DNA from: an uncultured Verrucomicrobiae bacterium
GTDB lineage: Bacteria > Verrucomicrobiota > Verrucomicrobiia > Chthoniobacterales > UBA10450
Direction: 5' to 3'
DNA length: 64,000 bases
NCBI GenBank assembly: GCA_963815455.1
Contig: CAWFGO010000001.1
Location: forward strand, 1,504,001 to 1,568,000
The first letter of the stretch is position 1. Every line of letters starts with the position of its first letter. Below are positions 9,506-17,900 of this stretch, piece by piece. Below the pieces are notes generated by a model that saw nothing but the letters and a program-made list of their open reading frames with translations, was not told where the DNA came from and ran no database searches. Both the position numbers and the translations under genes were made by a program.

Positions 9506-11260
9506 TTATGCGCGCCCGCTTTTTTCCAGCAACTCGCGAATCAATTTCATTCGTGCCCGTTCCTTTGGGCTGTGCCTCAGCTGGGCAATCGAGCGTTGCA
9601 TCCGCCGGGTCCAATTTGCGGGGCCGGCGGTGCCCGGAATATTGAAACGATATTTGCGCGCCAGCAGATCGGTAATCATTACCGACGCGATCCAGGATTC
9701 GCTTTTGAACAGCGCCGCCATGATGGCCGGATAAAAATCCTTTTCGAAATCGATCGAGACGCTGCCCGGTTGAAACTGCGCGAACTCGGCGATTCTGTTC
9801 AGCGTTTCCATAGCCTGGTTCGATGTCGATCCGGTCGCGGCGGTGGCTTCCGCGGAGGGCGCTGCCGTTTGTTCGAGCGCTTCCTCCCATAATTTGCGAA
9901 GCGGCTTGTGATCGTGGGTTGCGTAAGTGGCGATGGAAAGACGATCGTATTCCGAGCCGGGAGTGACCCGCCCGCCATGAACTTCCCATTGCGGAATTTT
10001 GAACCCGGCAATGCCGAGCGTATGCAGGCTCGGTCGCACATAATCGGGAACCGTGCCCAAGTCTTCGCCGCCGACGCGCGTAGCTTTGCATTCTTCCAGG
10101 ACCATTCCCAAATACTCTTCGCCTTCGCGCCGGCTTGCTTCGCAGTCGTGGGGATTCGAATCGCCTCGCGGCGAAAAGTGCGGCGCGCGACCGCCGGTTC
10201 TTTTGAGCATCTCATTCCATTCGAGCGATAGAAACTCCTTGTTTCGCGATGGCCGCCACGGGAAGGCATAGATTCGATAAAACCCAAGCACGTGATCGAT
10301 GCGGAAGAGGTGGAATATTCGCCGGACTCCGCGCACCCGATGTCGCCACCAATCGAAATTACGGGACCGCATCGTGTCCCAGCGATAAAGCGGGAAGCCC
10401 CAATTTTGTCCCCACTTTTGGGTGAACCTGTCGTCCTTGAAATATTGCTCAGGCGGCGCACCGCCCGACCAGTCGAGCGCAAATTCCTCCGGGCGCGCAA
10501 ACACATCTGCGCTGTAATAACTCACCCCGAATGGGATATCGCCCATAAGCCCTACACCACGCTCCTCGGCGTACGCTTTGACCTCCTGCCATTGCCGGTG
10601 GGCAATCCATTGCACGTAGCGGAAGAAGTTCTGTCGTTGCGCGAAGGCCGCTTGTAAATCAGGCGGGAGCTGGGCAAACCAACTTCGCGCGGCGGCCAGG
10701 GATTGATATGGCCATTCATCCCACCTTTCACGCTCGCCGTTTTTTTCCATCAGCGCGCGGAAAAACGCGTAGTCATTCAGCCAGACGACTTCCTCGTCGC
10801 AAAATTTCATAAAGTGCGCTTGCCTGTCGCGCCGTAGCCCAGCTGAGGCGGATCGATCTTCGCTTGCCTGTTCGCAAAACCGTTGAAACGCTTTCTCCAG
10901 CAAACGCCGTTTCAATTTTTTTACTCGCGCATACTTCACCGGACCACGCCGCAACTCGACAGGATCGACATCGGCCATCACCGCCGAAAAATCTTCCGCG
11001 CTCAACTCTTCCGGGCTGCCCGGCGCAAGATGCAAAGTCGTGGGCTCGATCGCCATCGCGCTGATCGCGTTATACGGGCTGTTGTCCCCGCCGATCTCAT
11101 TGATCGGCAACAACTGCACCAACCTAAATCCGGTGTCGGCAAGCCAATCGATGAACTGTCGCAGCGCCGCCACCTCGCCGATCCCGAGATCGTCTTCGCA
11201 GCGCAGAGCGAACAACGGCGCCAGAACACCCGCGATTTTCTTTTCCGGTGAGAGATTCAC
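9506..11260 (-). CDS. malQ: 4-alpha-glucanotransferase (amylomaltase, GH77)
   Basis: GIGE, QLLPIN, SPY, GDIPFGV, GQNWGFP, RIDH, GEDLG, THD, NIPGT motifs. GTG start at 11260 chosen because the longer ORF runs into a repeat. Confidence 0.93.
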   Translation of the reverse strand: MNLSPEKKIAGVLAPLFALRCEDDLGIGEVAALRQFIDWLADTGFRLVQLLPINEIGGDNSPYNAISAMAIEPTTLHLAPGSPEELSAEDFSAVMADVDPVELRRGPVKYARVKKLKRRLLEKAFQRFCEQASEDRSASAGLRRDRQAHFMKFCDEEVVWLNDYAFFRALMEKNGERERWDEWPYQSLAAARSWFAQLPPDLQAAFAQRQNFFRYVQWIAHRQWQEVKAYAEERGVGLMGDIPFGVSYYSADVFARPEEFALDWSGGAPPEQYFKDDRFTQKWGQNWGFPLYRWDTMRSRNFDWWRHRVRGVRRIFHLFRIDHVLGFYRIYAFPWRPSRNKEFLSLEWNEMLKRTGGRAPHFSPRGDSNPHDCEASRREGEEYLGMVLEECKATRVGGEDLGTVPDYVRPSLHTLGIAGFKIPQWEVHGGRVTPGSEYDRLSIATYATHDHKPLRKLWEEALEQTAAPSAEATAATGSTSNQAMETLNRIAEFAQFQPGSVSIDFEKDFYPAIMAALFKSESWIASVMITDLLARKYRFNIPGTAGPANWTRRMQRSIAQLRHSPKERARMKLIRELLEKSGRA

Positions 11261-11277
11261 AGTGCTAGCGTCTCTAC

Positions 11278-11361
11278 TTTCATGTCGAGCAAAGTCGAGA
11301 CATCCCGTTGCGATAGGTTTCACGTAACATTGCGGGATTCCTCGACTTCGCTCGGAATGAC
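11278..11361. repeat. Inverted pair related to the GTCAT...ATGAC family
   Basis: TTTCATGTCGAGCAAAGTCGAGACATCCC ... GGGATTCCTCGACTTCGCTCGGAATGAC. Confidence 0.6.
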
Positions 11362-11372
11362 GGGACTATTTC

Positions 11373-11405
11373 TTCGGTATTCGACATTCGTGCTTCGTCA
11401 TTTCG
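11373..11405. repeat. Degenerate heptamer tandem repeat (TTCGnnA)
   Basis: TTCGGTA TTCGACA TTCGTGC TTCGTCA. Confidence 0.55.
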
Positions 11406-11410
11406 GAGCG

Positions 11411-13477
11411 TTAGCTCCGTGTCACCTGCCAGTCTTCGACGAGCTTGTTGGGAATTTCCTTCAGAAATCGCGACGGCCGTTGGAAAACATCGCCGTAGCC
11501 GGCGTTCAAACGCATCTGGGCATACGCAAGATAAAGCTCGTCCTTCGCCCGCGTGACCGCGACGTAGAACAGGCGCCGCTCTTCCTCGAGCGCTTCGCGG
11601 GTGTCGAGCGATCGGCTGCTCGGGAACATTCCGTCCGTTAACCAAATAACGAAAACGCTGTGGAATTCCAGGCCCTTGGCCTGATGTACCGTGGAAAGAT
11701 TCACCGCTTCCTTGTCCGCAGATTGCGCCGGCGCGGCTTCAGCATCGACATTGCTGATGAGCGCCAGCTGGGCCAGGAATTCGTTAATATCTTTGAACTG
11801 GCGTGAAAATGCGGCGAGCTGGTTTAGATCTTCCCGGCGCAACTCGTAGTTCGTGAAATTCACTTTCGCGTAATCGTCGTAAATCGCCCCCACGATCGAC
11901 GTAATCATTTCCGATGGCGGATTCGGTTGTCCGCCCGGCGCGATTTCATCGAGCGTGTGGGCAAGCTGATCCCACGATTTCTTCGAGCGGGCCGGCGCAT
12001 TCATCGCACGGAGCATCGACCCAAAATTGTAGCCGGGGGCGCTACTGTAGCCGGGGTCGCTGACCCCGGTAGGCGTGGGCGTCGCTTCAGAACCGGGGTC
12101 AGCGACCCCGGCTACAACAGACTTCTCCCAGGAATTCCACAGATTTTCCGCGCTTCGATTACCGATGCCGGGAAGCAGTTTCACCATCCGTTTAAACGCG
12201 ACTTCGTCGCGCGGGTTCGCCACAAACCGGATGAACGCGGTCACATCTTTAATATGGGCCTGCTCGAAAAAGCGGATGCCGCTGGTGATTTGGTACGGAA
12301 TCCCGCGGCGGGAAAGCTCGAGTTGCAATTCGATCGCGTGATAATGCGCACGATAAAGCACCGCGATCTCACTTAGATCGACATTCTCATCGCGCAGCTC
12401 GAGAATTCGCTGGGCAACGAACCGCGCCTGCTCACTGCCGTCGTTCAACGCGACAACGGCCGGCTTGACCGCGTTCGATTCACGGGTCGGCGCGAGATTC
12501 TTTCGAAACTGCTCCACGTTTGCCGTGATGGCGGCGTTGGCCACGTCCAGAACTTCCGGCACGCTCCGGTAATTCATCTCGATCTTAAAAACCTGCGCGC
12601 CCGGGTAGCGTTTCGGAAATTCGAGGATGTTTTTGAAATTCGCACCCCGCCAGGAGTAGATCGACTGGGCGTCGTCGCCCACCACCATCACGTTCTTATG
12701 ATCGGCCGCCAGGGTATCGATCAAATCCGCCTGGATCTTGTTCGTGTCCTGATATTCATCAACCAAAATAAATTGAAACTGCTGTCGATAGAAGGCCGCG
12801 ATGTTTTCGTGTTGTTTCAACATCGACAACGTCTTCTCCAGCAAATCGTCGAAATCGACCGAGTTCGTCGCCTTCTTCTTCTTCTCGTAGCGTTGGTGGA
12901 CGTCCTTGATCCGGTCGAGCAGCGGCAGGAAATAGGGAAATTTTCCGGCGAGCAATTCTTCCATCGGCGTTTCTGTGTTGACGACGAAACTAAAAATCTC
13001 CGCCAGCACATCGCCTTTCGGGAACCGAATTTCCTTCGGATCAATGCCGGCGCCGGCCACGACGGTGTTGATCAAATCCTTCTGATCTTCCCGGTCCATG
13101 ATGGAGAACCCGCTGGAATAACCGAGGGCGCTTCCATGCCGGCGAAGCATCCGATTGCCGATTGAATGAAAAGTGCCGCCCCAAATTCCGCTGGCATCCA
13201 CCGGCAACAGATTGGCCACCCGATCGAGCATCTGCCGCGCGGCTTTGTTGGTAAAGGTAAGCAGCAAAATGTTTCGTGGATCGATCCCGTTCTCGAGCAG
13301 GTAAGCCACGCGATAGGTAAGCGTCCGCGTCTTCCCCGAGCCCGCACCCGCGATGACGAGCAACGGTCCCGGCGGCGCGGTCACCGCCGCCAGCTGCTGC
13401 GGGTTCAACTCCGCCGCGTAATCGATATGGATCGACGTCGAAGACGGGGTGCGTTCCAGAGTGTATTGGCGTGACAT
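11411..13477 (-). CDS. UvrD/PcrA/Rep family SF1 DNA helicase with an in-frame REP insertion
   Basis: AGAGSGKT, TFTNKAA, DEYQD, VGDDAQSIY, NYRS, TVHQAKGLE, EEERRLFYVAVTRA; start at MSRQYTL. Confidence 0.95.
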   Translation of the reverse strand: MSRQYTLERTPSSTSIHIDYAAELNPQQLAAVTAPPGPLLVIAGAGSGKTRTLTYRVAYLLENGIDPRNILLLTFTNKAARQMLDRVANLLPVDASGIWGGTFHSIGNRMLRRHGSALGYSSGFSIMDREDQKDLINTVVAGAGIDPKEIRFPKGDVLAEIFSFVVNTETPMEELLAGKFPYFLPLLDRIKDVHQRYEKKKKATNSVDFDDLLEKTLSMLKQHENIAAFYRQQFQFILVDEYQDTNKIQADLIDTLAADHKNVMVVGDDAQSIYSWRGANFKNILEFPKRYPGAQVFKIEMNYRSVPEVLDVANAAITANVEQFRKNLAPTRESNAVKPAVVALNDGSEQARFVAQRILELRDENVDLSEIAVLYRAHYHAIELQLELSRRGIPYQITSGIRFFEQAHIKDVTAFIRFVANPRDEVAFKRMVKLLPGIGNRSAENLWNSWEKSVVAGVADPGSEATPTPTGVSDPGYSSAPGYNFGSMLRAMNAPARSKKSWDQLAHTLDEIAPGGQPNPPSEMITSIVGAIYDDYAKVNFTNYELRREDLNQLAAFSRQFKDINEFLAQLALISNVDAEAAPAQSADKEAVNLSTVHQAKGLEFHSVFVIWLTDGMFPSSRSLDTREALEEERRLFYVAVTRAKDELYLAYAQMRLNAGYGDVFQRPSRFLKEIPNKLVEDWQVTRS
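12028..12116. repeat. Intragenic REP doublet (perfect 25-bp inverted repeat) plus a truncated third unit
   Basis: TGTAGCCGGGGTCGCTGACCCCGGT (12046-12070) and its exact reverse complement (12092-12116); partial TGTAGCCGGGGGCGC at 12028. Confidence 0.9.
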
Positions 13478-13598
13478 TTGATAATGCGAATTGCAAAGAA
13501 CCGCAGCAAACGATTCGACGCAAACTGGCAGATCGAAAATTGATTGAAAATCCCGGTGCGCATCGTGATGATTCCGCATCCCGGCACGTCTTTTCATA

Positions 13599-14954
13599 TT
13601 GGGCTTGGTAGCATGGCTGAGCGCCAGCAGTCTCTTGCGCGGCGCGGATGTTGGCCAGTTACGCGCGCAAATGGCGGCGGCGGAAGAAGCGGACGACAAG
13701 GCAGCCGTCATTGAAATAGGCCGGCGGCTGGTGGCCATTGCGCCCAAGGAAACCGGCGTGTGGAATACGATTGCCCGGGCACAAATCGACACCAAAGATT
13801 TCGAGCGGTGCGCCCAAACGCTGGATGCGTGGGAGAAAGCGGTGAAACCGCCACCGGCGGCGATTGAAGATTTTCGCGGCGATCTCGCAGCCAACAACAA
13901 GGATTACGAAAATGCCGAACGCCACTGGTTGGCATTTCTGGCCAAGAAGCCGTCGCGCGCGAATACCGCAGCCATGTACGACAAACTGGCCGACATGTGT
14001 GCCGATCAATCGCGGTGGATCGATAACGAAAAATATCGGGGCAAAGCAGTCGCGACCGAAGATTCAGCCGAGCGTCGTGTGGCGCATGCCACCGCGTTGT
14101 TACGCCTGCATCAATGGGATGGGGCCTATGCCGAAATGGCCAGGGCGAACAAGATCGCCAGCGCCGACGCGCAGGTGAAGGAATGGCTCCCGCAATTCGA
14201 GCGATTGGAGAGATTTCTTCCGCGAATCAAGGCGCTCGACACACAGCTGGCCACGGCGCCGGATAATGTCGATTTGCTGCTCGAACGCGCTCGTTTGTTT
14301 ACGCTGGCGGACCGGCCGTTGCTGGCCCTCGATGATTGCGAGCGGGCGATGAAGCTGCGGCCGGAATCGATGCGCGTCCGGATTCAAACAGGGGAGGCGC
14401 TGCTCGATACGCAGCGATCGGAAGACGCCGCGAAAATGCAGGTGAGCTCCCAGCTCGCTCGCGAGAAGGACGGGCATGTAAGCGAGCAGAAATTGCGGGA
14501 GCTGGCGGACGAAGACGCGCAGATCGCGCAAAATCCGAAGGAAGCCGCGCCGCTCGTGGCCCGGGCGAAGACCTTGCGCGATCTAAAGCAGATCGCATTG
14601 GCGCTGGCCGATGCCAAAGCGGCACTCGGTCTCGATGATAAATCGGCGGCGGCGCATTTCGAGGTTGCGCATGCTCTCGACGAGTTGGAGCAGAAAAAAG
14701 AGGCGCTTACGCATGTGCGGACCGCGACCGAATTGGATCCGAACGATTGGAAGAAATGGTGTTTCCAAGGGATGCTTGAAAAAGAGCGCGCCGATTTTCC
14801 CGCCGCCATCGAATCCCTAAGCCGCTCTCTAAAAGTTCACGAGAATCTGCTCGCGCTCACCGAACGCGAGCAATGCGAACGCCGGACCGGCCAGATCGAC
14901 AAGGCCGATGCGGACCTGAAGCGTGTTCGAGAATTGGATCCGACGAAGGAATGA
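13599..14954 (+). CDS. Tetratricopeptide-repeat protein, probably exported
   Basis: Repeated A/L helical TPR pattern; hydrophobic N-terminus; ATGA overlap with the next gene; start codon uncertain. Confidence 0.8.
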   Translation: MGLVAWLSASSLLRGADVGQLRAQMAAAEEADDKAAVIEIGRRLVAIAPKETGVWNTIARAQIDTKDFERCAQTLDAWEKAVKPPPAAIEDFRGDLAANNKDYENAERHWLAFLAKKPSRANTAAMYDKLADMCADQSRWIDNEKYRGKAVATEDSAERRVAHATALLRLHQWDGAYAEMARANKIASADAQVKEWLPQFERLERFLPRIKALDTQLATAPDNVDLLLERARLFTLADRPLLALDDCERAMKLRPESMRVRIQTGEALLDTQRSEDAAKMQVSSQLAREKDGHVSEQKLRELADEDAQIAQNPKEAAPLVARAKTLRDLKQIALALADAKAALGLDDKSAAAHFEVAHALDELEQKKEALTHVRTATELDPNDWKKWCFQGMLEKERADFPAAIESLSRSLKVHENLLALTEREQCERRTGQIDKADADLKRVRELDPTKE

Positions 14955-17900
14955 ACCGCGCGCTCTTAACAGTGATGTGGCTGCTCGTTAGTGCCAGCGT
15001 TCTTGTTTCGGCCGAACGGGAAAAGCCGGATACGAAACCGGACGCCGGCGGGATTGTGATCGAGCCAAGCGAAGGCGAGATCGCGCCGGGCTCCGAGCTC
15101 ACGATCACATTCCCGAACGCGATGGTGAGCCCCGACAAGATCGACATGAGCGGCCAGCCGTCGCCATTGACGAGCACACCGAAAATCGAGGGCGATTTCT
15201 TGTGGAAAAGCCAAACTGAGGGCGTGTTGACGGTGAAGGGCGTCGTCGCCGGCGCCAACCATCGCCTGACCCTGGTGCGCGATCTCAAGGACGCGAGCGG
15301 AAAACGGGTGGAAGCGCCGGGCTGGAGCGCGGAATTCACAACCCGCGAGTTTAACATCACGACGGATTTTACCGAGCGCGACCATCTCGAAACCCAGCCG
15401 CAGATCTCGCTCGATTCCACCTACGACGTGCGTCTGAGCGAAGCGCCGGATCATATTTATTTCCAGGACCGCGATTCGCGGGAGCGTTTTCCTGTCGATG
15501 TTATTCTATGGAGCGAAGAGGGTTCGCCTGAACTGGAAGTGAAAGAATTCCGGGTCTCGCCCCGGGCGCCGCTGCCGCCCGGGCACACCTTTGACCTGAT
15601 CGTGAACGGTCTGGTGGAAGCGAAGAGCCACAAGGCGTTGCCGTATTTGAAGGTTATCCCCGCGGGCACGACTGCGTCGCTGGAGATTGCGTGGGTGGGC
15701 GCGTTCAATTCCGCTCTGGAAGAGCCGTCGATCCGAATCAAATTCAATGACGAGATCGATCCGGGCGAAGCGACACCGGGGAAGATCGACATCCAACCGC
15801 CGGTCAAAGACGCGAAGCTGCTGGCGAGCCGCGACGAAGTAACGGTCACCGGCACGTTCGATCTCAATCAGCATTACCGGGTAACGATTTCGACTGCGCT
15901 CAAAGGCAGTCGCGGCTTTGGTCTGGCCAAAGAATCACGCTGGGGCGCGACATTTCATCCGAAACCGCCCACGATTCTATTCCCGGCGTCGCAGGTATTT
16001 CTGCGCGCGCGACAAGAGTTGCGCTTTTCTTTTTTTCAAATCAACACGCCGGCGGTGACTTGGAAATTTGCCCGCATCCCGCTGGAAAAACTGCCGGCGG
16101 TGACCGCGCGTGTGCGCGATTTCGAGAAAGACGCGCGCGATCCTGTAACCGGCCAGCCAGTTGTCGATCCTCGCACCGGGTTCAACAAACAATTCCAAAC
16201 GGAATTGCTCGTTGACGCATTCAAATTGCCGGTCATCGCAACCGGCACAGCAGAGGCGGCGTCGGGCGATGCCAGTGTGAAACGCGATATTCGCTGGGCC
16301 GCGCCGAAGGGCGAAGCGTTGAGCGGTGCGTACTTAGTCGAGGCGAGCGCGGCGTTGAGCGACGGCCGCATTGCCGGGAACCGTTCGATCATTTGTACGA
16401 GCGATTTCATTTTGACCGAAAAACGAACGCCCACCCTGGTGATCGTTCGACTGGCAAAAATGTCCGACGCGCAACCGGTCGCGGGCGTGAACGTGCGCGC
16501 GGTCACCAGCGAGAACATCGAGCTCGGTCACGCCGTCACGGACAAGAACGGGATGTCGACTTTCTCGCGAGCGGCTGTTTTTCCGGAGAAGAAACCGGGC
16601 GCGCATCTGTTTATCGCCGATACAACAAGCGGGCCCGCGCTTCAATTTGCCGAGGGCGCGAGTTATTCATCCGGTTATTGGCAGATCAGCCGGCGGGACC
16701 AAAAAGGACACGCCGAGATCATTACCGACCGAAACCTGTATCGGCCGGGACAAGTCGTAAAAATGAAAGGGCTCATGCGCGAGATAACCGGTGCCGGCCT
16801 GGCGATCCCGAGTACGCCGGATGTGCGCTGGCGGGTGACGGAAAGCTATGGCGAGCGCGTGGTGGGCGAAGGAACAGCGGTGCTTTCTCGTGATGGCGGT
16901 TGGGAGTCGGAGTGGATCGTGCCGGAAAAATCGAAGCTCGGGAGATTCGATATTCGATGCAAGATCGGCAACCAGGATTACGACGGCACCACCGCGATCA
17001 GCATCGAAGAATATCGCGTTCCACTTTTCTCAACCATTGTCGAAGCGACGCCGGAAGTCGGCGACACCGCGCACGCGAAAGTTTCGTCCGCGTATTTTCA
17101 CGGCGCGCCAAACGCGGGCGCTCGGGTGCATTGGAAAGCAAGCTGGAGTCCTGCGACCGATTTTGGAAACGACGCGAATGATTACAAACGGCGTTATAAC
17201 AGTTTCTCCGAAGTCGGCCCAAGTCTCGATCCGAACAGCGAGCTGATCAAAACGATCGAGGGCGACACGCAATTGGACCAACACGGGTTCGCGACACTTT
17301 CGTGCGAATCGCCGTTCAAAAACGATGCGGCTGTGGCAAAATCGGATGTCGTGTGGCGCGCCGATGTGACTTCGGTCGATGGTCAAACCATCGCCGGCGG
17401 CGACACCGGTGCGCTCTTCGCTAATGCCGTCATGCTCGGCGTGCGGGCAACGGAAAGACCGGGCGAGAATGGCGGTGTCGATGTGAGCATCGACGCGGTC
17501 GATCAAGAAAGCGCGAAGGTCACCGGAGTGGCCGTGCATGCCGATCTCATTCATATCACGACCAAGACAGCGAAAGAGCAGATCGCGCCGTTCGTGTATC
17601 GCTATCGCAACGTCGATGAATATGCGAAAATCGCGTCGCAGGAATTAAAGACGCCGGCTGAATCTTTTTTCCCGGCGAAAGAGACCGGACGTTACGTCGT
17701 TGCGGTCAGCGCAACCGGTCGAAAAGCCGCGCTGGTGAGCGATGAAACCACCGTGACAGGCGAAATGCGAGCGGAGCTGCCGGTTGAAAACGAAACCAGC
17801 TTTAAGATAGAACATGAGACCAAATCGTTTGTTCCCGGAGAGAAAGCGACATTGTCGATCCAATCGCCATTCGGCGGCGTGGCGTGGGTGTCGGTCGAGA

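Noticed and set aside
250..12116. Palindromic repeats as a CRISPR array
   Set aside because: They are dispersed inverted pairs, not direct repeats with unique equal-length spacers, and no cas genes are present
13478..13900. N-terminal extension of the helicase ORF
   Set aside because: It runs through the divergent promoter region and into the TPR gene
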